Assembly (NCBI GenBank): GCA_963666985.2
Contig: CAXXIA010000002.1
Location: forward strand, 2,432,001 to 2,496,000
Length of the DNA stretch: 64,000 nt
From: Spirochaetia bacterium
GTDB lineage: Bacteria; Spirochaetota; Spirochaetia; DSM-2461
Reading direction: 5' to 3'
Shown here: positions 29,240 to 39,858 of the stretch, piece by piece
How positions within the stretch are numbered: the first letter of the stretch is position 1
How the letters are laid out: each line of letters begins with the position of its first letter
Position numbers and translations under genes: made by a program
Notes under the pieces: generated by a model
Databases searched by the model: none
Seen by the model: only the letters and a program-made list of their open reading frames with translations
Told to the model about the DNA's origin: nothing

Positions 29240-31402
29240 ATGGATAAAACCGGGAAAATTCCTGTGAGTAAGGGGATAAGGAGTGATAAATTTTGGGAAA
29301 GTATAGAAAACTTTGAGGAAGGTGATCTTCTCGGCCTCGCCTCAGTTGGTAATTTTCTCAAAAAACTAGCGGAAGAAAAGAACGATACTCCTCTCGGCCT
29401 TATTTCCCAAACGATTATTCCCTGTTTTCAAAAAATCGGTGTTCTTGAATCTCAAAAGAATTTTATTGATGAGATAAAGACATTACTCCTGGCCGCTGAA
29501 AATAATGAAGCAGGGACTGAAGAAGCGGATCAGCTTATTGCAGAGTATTTTCCGGAAAATACGGGCTCTTCTGAAGAAGTTAATGAAGCCGAAGACGATA
29601 CGGAGCTCATTGTTACCGAAGAATGGTTTGAAGGCCTGATTCAGGATGATGAGATGCTTCAGAAATTTGTTTCGGAAATCAAAGAGCATCTGGAGAATGT
29701 TCAGGTTGCTCTTCTGGAATTGGAATATGATTCGGCGAATAAGGAAAACATCAACACGATTTTCCGTGCCTTTCATACGATAAAAAGTTCTTCCGCATTC
29801 CTGGGCGTTAAAAACCTTGAAGAAACGGCCCATATCATTGAGAACATGCTGGCATTGGTTCGTGACGGAGAAATTCAAGTATCTCCGGAACTTGTGGATA
29901 TCGTGTTTTACAGCGTCGGATTTGTTAAAGACTTGGCCGAGGTTTTTGAACGGGCTCAGTATAAAAACGAAACTATAATTAAAAGTTTTCTCGGAATCGA
30001 CATTCGTCCGCTTATTCGCGTTATTAGAAAAATCACCACCGAAAGGCGAACGAAAAAAATCGGAGAAATCCTCACCGAACTGGGGAAAATTAGTGATGAG
30101 AAAACTCAGGAAATACTCAAGCGGCAGAAGAATGAGAACCGGCGGTTCGGAGAAATTGCTCTGGAAGAGAAGGTCGTGGCCGAGGAAGATATCGCCGCCG
30201 CCGTTCAGGTTCAGACGAGTCAAAAGAGTAAATATTCCTATGTGAAAGTCGCCTCCGCCCGACTGAATGATTTGGTTGATATGGTCGGAGAATTGGTTGT
30301 GAATCAGTCCATGATTCGCGAAGAAGTCGTCTCCGGCATACAGGTTCAGGAACGGGAGCTTCGTCAGTTGAATCTGATTACAACGAACATTAAGAACATT
30401 GTTCTCTCGATGGGTATGGTGCCTATCGAAGAGGTGTTCAACAAGCTTCGCGTTGTAATCAGGAACGCCTCGCGTGAAACCGGAAAAATCGTTGAAACGG
30501 TTATCAGCGGAGAAGATACGGAACTGGATCGAAATCTCATTGAAGCGATTCACGATCCTCTGGTGCATATGGTGCGCAACGCGGTGGATCACGGATTGGA
30601 AGAAACCGCCGAGCGGGAGGTCTTGGGGAAGAAGCCCGTCGGCTTAATCAATATTTCGGCGGAACATAAGGGGAACGGTATTCAAGTTACCGTTCGTGAT
30701 GATGGGAAAGGAATTGATCGCGAACGGATCGTACAGAAGGCTTTAGACAAGGGTTTGATAAAAAAGAAAGATGCCCCGCGCTATCTGGCCGATGAAAAAC
30801 TCTGCTATGAGCTGATGTTCAGCCCCGGATTTTCAACGGCCAAGAAGGTCACCGAACTTTCCGGCCGGGGAGTCGGTCTGGACGTTGTAAGAATGAATCT
30901 TCAGAAGGTGAATGGAAAAGTTGAAATATTCTCCGAGAAAGGTCAGGGAACATCGTTCATAATCAAGCTCCCCTTAACTCTTGCCATAATCGACGGCTTT
31001 GTAACGAAAGTCTGCGAAGAGCGCTATATTTTCTCTTTCAATTTAATCAAAGGAATTATCGTTCCGACGGAAGAGAATGTACGAAAAATGGAGGATGGAG
31101 AAATAATCCTCTACGATCGCGGACGGCATATTCCCATTATTTTTACCGAGGAACTCGTTACGGGGAATCCGGTTAATAAGCGGCCCGGTGAATACATCAT
31201 TTTGCTTATTAATTACGAGGATTCATATTATGGAATCGCCGTGGATGAGGTTTTGGGAAAGCAGGAAATTGTCATAAAAAGTCTTAATGAAGTTCTTCGG
31301 GAAATGAATCTTTTTTCCGGCGGAACGATTTTCGGAGACGGAACCATCGGCTTTGTGGTTGATATCGATGAATTTATTCGGAAAGCCCAATCGGATCATT
31401 AA
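29240..31402 (+). CDS. cheA: Chemotaxis histidine kinase CheA copy 2 (intact; N-terminal extension, Hpt, MshEN-like motif, kinase, CheW domain)
   Basis: FRAFHTIKS, NAVDHG, DDGKGID, SGRGVGLDVV, LPLTLAII; AGGAG upstream. Confidence 0.96.
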   Translation: MDKTGKIPVSKGIRSDKFWESIENFEEGDLLGLASVGNFLKKLAEEKNDTPLGLISQTIIPCFQKIGVLESQKNFIDEIKTLLLAAENNEAGTEEADQLIAEYFPENTGSSEEVNEAEDDTELIVTEEWFEGLIQDDEMLQKFVSEIKEHLENVQVALLELEYDSANKENINTIFRAFHTIKSSSAFLGVKNLEETAHIIENMLALVRDGEIQVSPELVDIVFYSVGFVKDLAEVFERAQYKNETIIKSFLGIDIRPLIRVIRKITTERRTKKIGEILTELGKISDEKTQEILKRQKNENRRFGEIALEEKVVAEEDIAAAVQVQTSQKSKYSYVKVASARLNDLVDMVGELVVNQSMIREEVVSGIQVQERELRQLNLITTNIKNIVLSMGMVPIEEVFNKLRVVIRNASRETGKIVETVISGEDTELDRNLIEAIHDPLVHMVRNAVDHGLEETAEREVLGKKPVGLINISAEHKGNGIQVTVRDDGKGIDRERIVQKALDKGLIKKKDAPRYLADEKLCYELMFSPGFSTAKKVTELSGRGVGLDVVRMNLQKVNGKVEIFSEKGQGTSFIIKLPLTLAIIDGFVTKVCEERYIFSFNLIKGIIVPTEENVRKMEDGEIILYDRGRHIPIIFTEELVTGNPVNKRPGEYIILLINYEDSYYGIAVDEVLGKQEIVIKSLNEVLREMNLFSGGTIFGDGTIGFVVDIDEFIRKAQSDH

Positions 31403-31422
31403 AGAGGAGAAAGGAGCACGGA

Positions 31423-31785
31423 ATGATAATGATCGTGGACGACTCGGCGATAGGCCGTGACGTTATTAAAAAGGCTTTATCAATGAACGGTTATAAGGAA
31501 GTTCTTGAGGCCGAAAACGGTGCGATTGGATTGGAAAAGGCTCGCGAAAATGAAGGAAAAATAAAACTTTACATACTGGATATCAATATGCCTGTTATGG
31601 ACGGACTGACACTTTTGGAAGAGCTTCGAAAGTTTGATGCGGCAACACCGGTGGTGATGCTCACCACGGAAACGGATAAAGCAAAAATGGTACATGCGAA
31701 AAGTCTTGGTGCAACGGGTTGGATGATCAAACCGTTCAACGAAGAACAGTTAATGAACGTCATCAGAATGGTCGTGAAGGAGTAG
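31423..31785 (+). CDS. cheY: CheY-like single-domain response regulator, copy 2
   Basis: Same receiver motifs as copy 1. Confidence 0.93.
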   Translation: MIMIVDDSAIGRDVIKKALSMNGYKEVLEAENGAIGLEKARENEGKIKLYILDINMPVMDGLTLLEELRKFDAATPVVMLTTETDKAKMVHAKSLGATGWMIKPFNEEQLMNVIRMVVKE

Positions 31786-31789
31786 AATC

Positions 31790-33706
31790 ATGGCAAATAA
31801 ACGGTCAATGGGTTTATCGCTCAAAATTATCGGGATGGTGGTGATTCTTTTCTTGATTGTATTGGGACTGATTACCATCTTGGTCAGTAAAAGAATCAAA
31901 GAAGGAATCAGTGAAGTTCAAATCGCCAATATGGAGCAGTCATCGGGACAGTTTCAAGAATTGCTGGATGCGGTATTTTTTGATTTCAGCCGTCAAGTCA
32001 GCCTTTTGGCAAGGCGAATGGACGTTTTGGAGGCATATCAGACCAATGACATTAATTCTCTTGAATCAACCTCTCTTAAGTCAATCAGTCAACGTGCATT
32101 CGATTCTTTGGATAATCCCTATGAGGTTTTCTTTACCGATAGTCGCGGAAACATTCTGACCGGATATCCGAATACGCGGGATGTCGGATCCAATGTTTCC
32201 GATTTCATCTTTTGGAAACCCATATCGTCACAGAATGTCCAGGAGTTTATAGAGCCTTATCCTCGGCCTTCCGATAAGAGTCGTTTCATTAATTTTTTCG
32301 CATCACCGATTATTATTCATGAGCAGTTCGTAGGGGCTATGGTTGTTTCTTTGGATATGCAAAGCTTTGCCGAACAGTATGTTCTTCCTATGAAATACGG
32401 AGAGTCCGGATATGTTTTTATTTGTGATGATAAGGGCACTGTTTTAGCACATCCGGATGAGGCGACGGTTGGGAAGGATTTAAGTGATTATTTCTTTATC
32501 AGTGAAATGATTAATTCTCCTGATGATTCCGGTATGCAGTATTATGAGTGGGAAGGCGTTATGAAATACCTGTTTTATCAGGATTCCACGATGCAGCCTT
32601 GGATTATAGCTTCCAGCATCAGTGAAGATGATCTGCTGAGCCTTTCCATCCAAATGCGGAATCAGATTATTATTATCAGCATGACTTCTTTGCTGGTTCT
32701 GGTATTTATTCTGATTCTTTCCATTATGCTTTTGGTGGGCCGGCCGATATCGAGAATAACCAACGACCTTTCTTCAGGGTCAAGCAATCTGGAATCCGCA
32801 TCTTATCAGATATCCTCATCAAGTCAGGAGCTTTCCAGCGGATCTTCCGAGCTGGCTTCGAGCATTGAAGAAATCACCTCGTCCCTTGAAGAGCTTCAGT
32901 CCGTGGTGGAAATGAACACCAAAAATATCAATCAAAGCGAATTGATGATGAAGGAAACCACGGAAGGAACGGAAAAAGTGACTCAGCGTATGGGGGAATT
33001 GAAATCCGCCGTAAATGAGATAGGGGAGAACAGCAAGAAGATCGTAAAGATCATCAAAGTGATTGAAGACATTGCCTTCCAGACGAATATTCTGGCGCTG
33101 AATGCGGCGGTGGAAGCGGCACGGGCCGGCGATGCCGGTCGGGGCTTCGCCGTTGTGGCCGATCAGGTAAAGGAGTTGGCTCATAAGAGTTCCGAGGCGG
33201 CAAAAGAAACAGCGGTATTGATCGAGAAGGCTTTGGAAAGCGCCGATAAGGGGGAGAGTCTCGGCGGCGAGGTGATGGATGTTCAGTCGAATACCGGGGA
33301 AATGGCCTCGAAGGTCGGGGTTCTTCTCGATGAGGTGAATCGGGCTTCCAAGGAGCAGATGAAAGGAATCAATCAGATTACCCAGGCCATTACCCAGACC
33401 AATTCGATTGTGCAGCAGACGGCCGCCAGTGCCGAGGAAACGGCGGCTGCCAGCGAAGAGCTGTTGAGCCAGGCCGAAACTCTTAACGATGTTGTGAATA
33501 GGCTGAATGTTATCGTAAAAGGTCGTGAAGAGCAAGCCGAATCAGCGGTACGGCGATCGGCGGCGGAAGATTCCAAAGGCAAATCATCGGAAACGAAGGA
33601 AGAAAAAAAGGGTAAGAATCCGAAGCAAGATTATCATGAATCGGGAATCAGTTTGGCTTCTGCGGAAGAGCAGATTCCGCTTGAAGAAGAATTCAGCGAA
33701 TTCTAG
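31790..33706 (+). CDS. Methyl-accepting chemotaxis protein with Cache-like sensor, copy 2
   Basis: [20 protein letters not shown]; signalling domain nearly identical to copy 1; C-terminal EFSEF. Confidence 0.95.
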   Translation: MANKRSMGLSLKIIGMVVILFLIVLGLITILVSKRIKEGISEVQIANMEQSSGQFQELLDAVFFDFSRQVSLLARRMDVLEAYQTNDINSLESTSLKSISQRAFDSLDNPYEVFFTDSRGNILTGYPNTRDVGSNVSDFIFWKPISSQNVQEFIEPYPRPSDKSRFINFFASPIIIHEQFVGAMVVSLDMQSFAEQYVLPMKYGESGYVFICDDKGTVLAHPDEATVGKDLSDYFFISEMINSPDDSGMQYYEWEGVMKYLFYQDSTMQPWIIASSISEDDLLSLSIQMRNQIIIISMTSLLVLVFILILSIMLLVGRPISRITNDLSSGSSNLESASYQISSSSQELSSGSSELASSIEEITSSLEELQSVVEMNTKNINQSELMMKETTEGTEKVTQRMGELKSAVNEIGENSKKIVKIIKVIEDIAFQTNILALNAAVEAARAGDAGRGFAVVADQVKELAHKSSEAAKETAVLIEKALESADKGESLGGEVMDVQSNTGEMASKVGVLLDEVNRASKEQMKGINQITQAITQTNSIVQQTAASAEETAAASEELLSQAETLNDVVNRLNVIVKGREEQAESAVRRSAAEDSKGKSSETKEEKKGKNPKQDYHESGISLASAEEQIPLEEEFSEF

Positions 33707-33717
33707 GAATAATCATT

Positions 33718-34179
33718 ATGTCGGAAATTGATAAATATTTGATTTTTTCCATCCTTTCGGAATATTACGGAATCCCGATTATTAAGGTTCAGGAAATCAT
33801 CCGGCATGAGAAAATCACACCGGTAAGAAAAACCTTGGACTATATTAAGGGTGTGATTAATCTTCGGGGAAAAATCATCCCCGTGCTGGATTTGCGCAGT
33901 AAGTTCGGACTCCCGGAAGTGGAATACGACGACAAGACGGTTTTCATTATTGTGGATGTGAGCGGAAAGATGGGGCTCTACAATTTGGGGCTGGCCGTCG
34001 ATGCGGTTCACGAAGTGGTGGATATCGCGAAGGACAATCTTGAGGATACTCCTCGGCTGGGCTTAAAGATGAAGTCTCATTATTTGTTGGGCATCGCTCG
34101 AATGAAAGATGAAATGACGATGATTTTGAATCTGGATACGATTATTTCCGCCGATGAGATAATCAGTCTGACTGAGTAG
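33718..34179 (+). CDS. cheW: Chemotaxis adaptor CheW, copy 2
   Basis: KGVINLRGKIIPVLDLR. Confidence 0.96.
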   Translation: MSEIDKYLIFSILSEYYGIPIIKVQEIIRHEKITPVRKTLDYIKGVINLRGKIIPVLDLRSKFGLPEVEYDDKTVFIIVDVSGKMGLYNLGLAVDAVHEVVDIAKDNLEDTPRLGLKMKSHYLLGIARMKDEMTMILNLDTIISADEIISLTE

Positions 34180-34184
34180 GGTCT

Positions 34185-35261
34185 ATGAGAAGTGTTCGAG
34201 TATTGATTGTTGATGATTCTGCCATTGTACGGAGTGTTCTTGAAGAAGAGTTAAGCAAGTATCCCGATATCGAGGTATTGGGAACGGCCCCGGACCCTTT
34301 TGTCGCCCGAAACAAGATATTGAAGCTGAAACCGGATGTTCTCACGCTGGATATCGAAATGCCGAGGATGGACGGTCTGACGTTCTTGAAGAAACTGATG
34401 ACCTATTATCCATTGCCCATAATCATCGTGAGTTCGGTAACGGCGGATGATGCCAAGGCCTCGATTCGTGCGTTGGAACTCGGCGCGTTCGATGTTGTAA
34501 ATAAACCGTCGGGAGCCATATCGATAAAGGATTCGATAGACGAGATTCATGAGAAGCTCTTGAGCGCCTGGCAGGTAAAAGATACCTATCTGAGCAGACG
34601 GAGTGCGGTTCTCAGTAAGCTTCAGCCGAATAAAGTTACGGTGAAGGAGGAGTATCTCCAGCAGCTGAAAACCACCGATACGGTAATTGGGATTGGCTCT
34701 TCCACGGGAGGTACCGTTGCGCTGGAGCATATTTTCACCTCTCTTCCGGCGAACCTTCCCCCGATACTTGTGGTTCAGCATATGCCTCCCGGATATACGG
34801 ATTCGTTTGCCAAAAGACTGAACGAGCTTTCGGCCTTGACCATTAAGGAATCGGAAGACGGAGAGCTGGTACAAAAAGGGACGGTGTATATTGGGAAAGG
34901 CGGATATCATATCAAAGTCCGCCGCCGCGGTGCCGCGCTGTACATTGTTCATACCGAAGAGGAAAAGGTTCAGTATCAGAGGCCGTCCGCCGATGTTTTA
35001 TTTTTCTCCATGGCGGAGGTTATCGGCCGGAATGCCGCCGGTTTCATCCTTACGGGAATGGGGAGGGATGGAGCGGAAGGATTGCTGAAGATGAAGCGCT
35101 CCGGTGCCTGGACCGTGGCTCAGGATGAAGAGAGCAGCATTGTATGGGGAATGCCTCGAGCCGCGGTGGAAATTGATGCCTCGCAGGCGGTTGTATCGCT
35201 GAACGATATCCCTCGTTCCATCGTCGATTTCTCCACCGGAGCTGCCGGATCTCTGAATTAA
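34185..35261 (+). CDS. cheB: Chemotaxis methylesterase CheB, copy 2
   Basis: Same motifs as copy 1; differs only near the termini. Confidence 0.96.
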   Translation: MRSVRVLIVDDSAIVRSVLEEELSKYPDIEVLGTAPDPFVARNKILKLKPDVLTLDIEMPRMDGLTFLKKLMTYYPLPIIIVSSVTADDAKASIRALELGAFDVVNKPSGAISIKDSIDEIHEKLLSAWQVKDTYLSRRSAVLSKLQPNKVTVKEEYLQQLKTTDTVIGIGSSTGGTVALEHIFTSLPANLPPILVVQHMPPGYTDSFAKRLNELSALTIKESEDGELVQKGTVYIGKGGYHIKVRRRGAALYIVHTEEEKVQYQRPSADVLFFSMAEVIGRNAAGFILTGMGRDGAEGLLKMKRSGAWTVAQDEESSIVWGMPRAAVEIDASQAVVSLNDIPRSIVDFSTGAAGSLN

Positions 35262-36073
35262 AGCCTGTATATACTGTTTTGAATATGCTTGAACGGCTGC
35301 CGAAGTCCAACGAGCGATTCCGACATGCTGATTATCAGATAGCCGTCTTTATTTAAATAGTGAGCCAGGTTGGAAAGTATTTGTTCCTTTTTTTCCTGAT
35401 CAAAATAGATAAGTACGTTTCTGAGAAAAATGATATCGAAAGAATCTCGAAAAGGATACGGTTCCATTAAATTAATCTTCTGGAAGGATATCAACTTTTT
35501 TACTTCGTGTTTTACGCCGTAGTATTGGTCTTTTTCAGTTACTTCAAAGTATTTGATCAATGTCGAATCATTAATGTTCTTAATCAGGCTTTCTCGTTTA
35601 TATATTCCATTCGTAGCTTGCAGAAGCATTTTTTGCGATATATCACTTGCATGGATATGAACGTCCCTCTTAAGAAATTCCGGAAAGAACTCATGAAGAA
35701 TAAGGGCAATGCTGTAAGGTTCTTCCCCTGAAGAACACGCGGCGCTCCATATTCTGATTCGTGTTTTATCATCGGCTTTATGAGTGAAAAAGTACTTGAG
35801 AAAACGGAAATGAACCGGATCTCTAAAGAAATAGCTGTAATTTGTTGTTAATGCGTCGACGAATTGTGCAATAAGTTCCTTATCGCGGCCTTCGGCGATG
35901 ATACGTGAAAGGTCGGAAAAGCTATGAATATTGTTTTCCGCTTTAATGAGTTTCTGAAGTCTGTTGGTTATTAGGTATTTTTTTTCCGGTGTCAGTTTAA
36001 TACCGCTTCTTCGATAGAACTGCCGGGAGAAGTCTTCGTATTCTTTGTCGGTGATATTATCAAATGCCGTCAT
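35258..36073 (-). CDS. cheR: Chemotaxis methyltransferase CheR
   Basis: LTTNYSYFFRDP, RIWSAACSSGEEPYSIA, ASDIS, FDIIFLRNVLIYFD. Confidence 0.96.
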   Translation of the reverse strand: MTAFDNITDKEYEDFSRQFYRRSGIKLTPEKKYLITNRLQKLIKAENNIHSFSDLSRIIAEGRDKELIAQFVDALTTNYSYFFRDPVHFRFLKYFFTHKADDKTRIRIWSAACSSGEEPYSIALILHEFFPEFLKRDVHIHASDISQKMLLQATNGIYKRESLIKNINDSTLIKYFEVTEKDQYYGVKHEVKKLISFQKINLMEPYPFRDSFDIIFLRNVLIYFDQEKKEQILSNLAHYLNKDGYLIISMSESLVGLRQPFKHIQNSIYRL

Positions 36074-36077
36074 ATTC

Positions 36078-37685
36078 TTAGAATAATATAGTTTTCTCGT
36101 CGAGGTTGGTGCTTCCGGTTAATTCCGAATCATCTTCGATTTCTTTTATTCCTAATTCGGAGAGCAGTTCATTGATAATATCCCGTTCTCTGCCTGTCGT
36201 GATAAGAGACTTTACTTTATCGAAAATCTCCATCTGAACGTTACGGATGCTTTCATCGTTCAATTTTTCGGATGAGATTGTTTTCCCTGCGAAATCATCG
36301 CAGGTTGATTTCATTTGCTCCAGAATCTCAATAATATGGACGGCCTCTTGATTTGTAATGTCGTGGTATTGCATGTCTCCGACCGTCTGCTTCATCTTGT
36401 TCAGGATATTCACGGAAATCTCGTTGAGATTTTTAATAACACTGTCCATTTGAATATAACTTTGTTCGATAATACCTTTATACGGAGCCATTCCCTCGGC
36501 AACGATTTCTATTCCTTCACGGACTTGATTCAAATTTTCCAGTAATTGGTTTCTTAACGGCTGGATATTGATAATCGTCTGTTCTACCTCGGTAATTGTA
36601 CTATTGGAGAACTTCGATGATTGTTCCGCGAAAGTCGTAATCTCTTGTCCGAGCACTTGGAAACCGCTGTGACGTCCGGATTCCCGTGCCGCTTCAATAC
36701 GAACATTGATGGAAATGATTTTAATTTTTTCAGCCATTTCCTCGATGCCGTTTATTGTTTCACGAATTTTGGAAAGTCCTTCGATGGACGAATCAAGAAA
36801 AGCATGTGCGTTCTTCTCAAGTTCTTCTATATTATGCGATAGGGTCTCAAACATTTCCGAGACTTCATTATTTTTTTCGGCGATATAAGCAAGTCCATGT
36901 TCGTTTTCTCCTCCGCCTCTGGAGAAAAAGTGCAAGGTTTGTTCACTGTCTCCGACAAGTGTTTTGCTGTATTCCCAAATTTCTTCGAATTTTACGAAGA
37001 TGTTTCTGATAATCTCCGCTTCATAATCTTCCGTTGCCAAAATAATCCGTTTAATGAGCGGAAGGGTTGTCTCGATGGCGAGATTCATCAGTTTCATTGA
37101 TTCGGTCAGTTTATCCTTCTCAGAATAATACTGCTGAACGGTATTTATTGTTTGGAATCCCAGTTCTCCCATTTTCCGTAGGAGTGTCGGAATGAATTGA
37201 GGATTCGGTATCGTGCCGTCACCGAATAATCCTTTAGTGCTTTTTCCTTCTTTCCGGGCTTCATTGATGCTTTTCATAAAGGCGACAAGATCTTTTGATA
37301 TGTCATTTTGGATTTTCGATATTTCCGAGGAATGAGCACTTTTATTTGGTTCCCGAATATCGATAAGGGATAAGTAATTACGCTGAATATCCTCCAAAAT
37401 GTTTACTAATTGATCGAATTCTATTTCACAGGTGAAGAAATCGGCGGGATTCTTTCTTTTTACTCTTCTTGCAATCAAATTGATAAAGGTAAGTAAAAAA
37501 AACAGGCAGAGAGCGCCAACTCCTCCCGTGAGAAGAAAATGTCGTATAGTGAGAGAACCTCCCCTTTGGAAATAAAGAAATCCTAAAAGTGCTTGCGGTA
37601 TGGAAAAAAGTATTACAGCTAAGCAGATTTTAATTATGTAAATTGTTGATTCTCTTCTTTTTACAGATGCGAATTCGCGACTCAT
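36078..37685 (-). CDS. Atypical MCP-like membrane protein with degenerate hairpin tip
   Basis: Two N-terminal TMs; IKIISINVRIEAARESGRHSGFQVLGQEI; later QYHDITNQ; acidic tail ending TILF. Confidence 0.72.
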   Translation of the reverse strand: MSREFASVKRRESTIYIIKICLAVILFSIPQALLGFLYFQRGGSLTIRHFLLTGGVGALCLFFLLTFINLIARRVKRKNPADFFTCEIEFDQLVNILEDIQRNYLSLIDIREPNKSAHSSEISKIQNDISKDLVAFMKSINEARKEGKSTKGLFGDGTIPNPQFIPTLLRKMGELGFQTINTVQQYYSEKDKLTESMKLMNLAIETTLPLIKRIILATEDYEAEIIRNIFVKFEEIWEYSKTLVGDSEQTLHFFSRGGGENEHGLAYIAEKNNEVSEMFETLSHNIEELEKNAHAFLDSSIEGLSKIRETINGIEEMAEKIKIISINVRIEAARESGRHSGFQVLGQEITTFAEQSSKFSNSTITEVEQTIINIQPLRNQLLENLNQVREGIEIVAEGMAPYKGIIEQSYIQMDSVIKNLNEISVNILNKMKQTVGDMQYHDITNQEAVHIIEILEQMKSTCDDFAGKTISSEKLNDESIRNVQMEIFDKVKSLITTGRERDIINELLSELGIKEIEDDSELTGSTNLDEKTILF

Positions 37686-37842
37686 ACAAGTAACCCATTT
37701 TAACTAGACTGATTTTAAGTATATAAGATTTCTTCCTTATGTAATTGTTTTTTTTTATTATTCAATGTAAACATAAGGAAGTTTTTCAAAACACCGCCGT
37801 AATTACATTTTTATACTTTTGAATTACATAATAAACAAGGCT

Positions 37843-38376
37843 ATGAGAAAATATTTTGATCATCGATTGGGTAAAAATGTCATTACGATCGATATCGGTG
37901 AAAAAGCTGTTTCGGGTGAAAATGTTTATATCGGCACCGTGCTCGGTTCCTGTGTTTCCGTCGTTCTCTATGACCCTGATATCATGATCGGCGGAATGAA
38001 TCATTTTCAGAGAGCATATCCTTTGGATTCGAATCATTCCGGGGATCGGGCGGGTTACTATGGATGTTATGCGATACCTCTTTTACTTAATGATATGAAA
38101 GCTCATGGCTGTGAACGAAAGCGATTGAAAGCAAAGATCTTCGGAGGCTCTTGTAAACATTCGTGCGGTGAGAACCCCGGCATTATGAATGTCGGAGCCG
38201 GTAATGTGTCGTTTGCATTAGATTTTCTTGAAAAATCCGGAATCCCCATTCTGACCAAGGATGTCGGCGGGAGCAGCGGCCGGCGTATCTATTTTGATGT
38301 TAAGAAATTCTCTGTGCTTGTAAAAAAGCTTGATGGGAGAAGTGATTTATTCCTTGATAGGCGAAAGGTTGATTAG
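37843..38376 (+). CDS. cheD: Chemoreceptor glutamine deamidase CheD
   Basis: TVLGSCVSVVLYD, GGMNHF, KAKIFGG, DVGGSSGRRIYF. Confidence 0.95.
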   Translation: MRKYFDHRLGKNVITIDIGEKAVSGENVYIGTVLGSCVSVVLYDPDIMIGGMNHFQRAYPLDSNHSGDRAGYYGCYAIPLLLNDMKAHGCERKRLKAKIFGGSCKHSCGENPGIMNVGAGNVSFALDFLEKSGIPILTKDVGGSSGRRIYFDVKKFSVLVKKLDGRSDLFLDRRKVD

Positions 38377-38645
38377 TCACAGCTGTGTGAATCGAGTGCC
38401 ACCGCCTTCCCAAGGAGCAGGTTGCGTTTGGTCGGACACGATAGCAGCGGCATGATGAATCCGCATCGAATTGGAAGACTTCCGAATCTTGTTTTCCGGC
38501 GGCGGTGAAAAATCGACATTCTCAAATAGAAAAGAACAAACTCCGCCGGAGAAACTTCGCCGCGATTATGAGGATATAGAAGCTGTTCCTATCTCGGCCG
38601 TATCCAAAAACCGTTGAATTCTTATTGATCGGCGGTTTCGATCGT

Positions 38646-39518
38646 TCAAGATTCCTCGGAAAACTCCAAGGATTCCCAGAACCGTTTTCGTGCTTTCAGC
38701 CGAAGAAGAACACCGAAGGGAAACCAGGGCGGGGTGGCTTTTCTCCACTCGGCGTAGCGGGAATACTTCCCGGCCGTTATGCCTTCGGCCATGTTTGTGC
38801 TTCCGATAAACAGAAGAATCAGTACCAAAGCGGCAATACCCCAGGGGAACCAGGACAAACCGGCGGCCAGAGGGTAGAGAGATACAACGACCCATTGGCT
38901 CATCTCACAGATATAGTTCGGATGCCGGCTGAAGCGCCAGAGTCCGAATGTGTTGAATCCGAGACCGATTCGGGGATCGGAGGAGTTCCCTCTGCGGGCG
39001 TAATATCTTAATTGCTGCTCATCGGCGATTGTTTCCATAACCAGGAAAAACGCATGGGCTGTGAAAAGGAGAATGTCCCAGGGGCCCAATCCTGTATTTG
39101 AGGCTCCCGCGATGAAGAGCGGTAAGGTGAAAAAGTAGATTAGGCAGAGTTGGAACGTTGAGATGAAGAAGAAGTTGAAGATTTCAAAGGCGATTCTGTT
39201 CGGGATTCTTTCTTTCAGTACCGGCCAGCGGTAGTCTTCCTCCGTAAAACGGCCGTTCTTCCTCTTGTAGCCTCCCTTGACGGCAAAGTTTCTCGTCAGC
39301 CGAACGGACCAAGCCAATATAATCAGGCCCGCGATGAGATAACGCGGACTGGAAAAAAGCCACGGCAGACCGATTAGAACGTAGATTCCCGGCAGTATCG
39401 ACCAGAGTCGGTCCACGGTCGAGTAATTCCGCGTGAATAGACCGATGAAAAAAGCCCAAATAATCGCCGCTGCGGTGAGTGCGGCACTGACGAGAATGTA
39501 AGGGGGAAGGCTGTACAT
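38646..39518 (-). CDS. DUF1295 (steroid 5-alpha-reductase-like) membrane protein
   Basis: NYSTVDRLWS, EDYRW, ETIADEQ, GLWRFSRHPNY; AGGAG RBS before the ATG at 39518. Confidence 0.9.
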   Translation of the reverse strand: MYSLPPYILVSAALTAAAIIWAFFIGLFTRNYSTVDRLWSILPGIYVLIGLPWLFSSPRYLIAGLIILAWSVRLTRNFAVKGGYKRKNGRFTEEDYRWPVLKERIPNRIAFEIFNFFFISTFQLCLIYFFTLPLFIAGASNTGLGPWDILLFTAHAFFLVMETIADEQQLRYYARRGNSSDPRIGLGFNTFGLWRFSRHPNYICEMSQWVVVSLYPLAAGLSWFPWGIAALVLILLFIGSTNMAEGITAGKYSRYAEWRKATPPWFPFGVLLRLKARKRFWESLEFSEES

Positions 39519-39858
39519 AGGGGGGCTCCTTGTAGAGTAACCTATAAGTTCTTTTAGAATAGGGGAAGCTTTTCCTTCTTGCAAGAATGCCGCCCGGCCG
39601 TGAGTACGGTATATCACTCGGAAGTGACGCTGAAAACTCTTAGTTAGGGATTATTTACAACAGAATCATGATAAACAATGATTCTTTTTCCAGCGCTTAA
39701 TAATGTCCAATAATTTATTGAAATCTTTTTTAAATTTAACTGCTTAAATTTGTGAGATTAAAATCCTCGGTAATCAACGTGTTGAAAATATCTCATGATA
39801 TTTTTTTTTGGTTTCTTTGACTGTTCACAAAGGTTAAAATAGCGCTAAGTTTTACTTA

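Larger units (their letters stand above)
29591..35240 (+). repeat. Chemotaxis cassette tandem duplication, copy 2
   Basis: Matches 23331-28974; shadow ORFs 27985-28686 and 34251-34952 translate identically. Confidence 0.95.

Noticed and set aside
35258..35261. Convergent cheB/cheR stop codons sharing TTAA
   Set aside because: Common compact-genome arrangement; no further signal.
38378..38387. CACAGCTGTG palindrome, repeated at 59910-59919
   Set aside because: Only two 10-bp copies, both at 3' ends of genes, with no shared flanks; plausibly chance.
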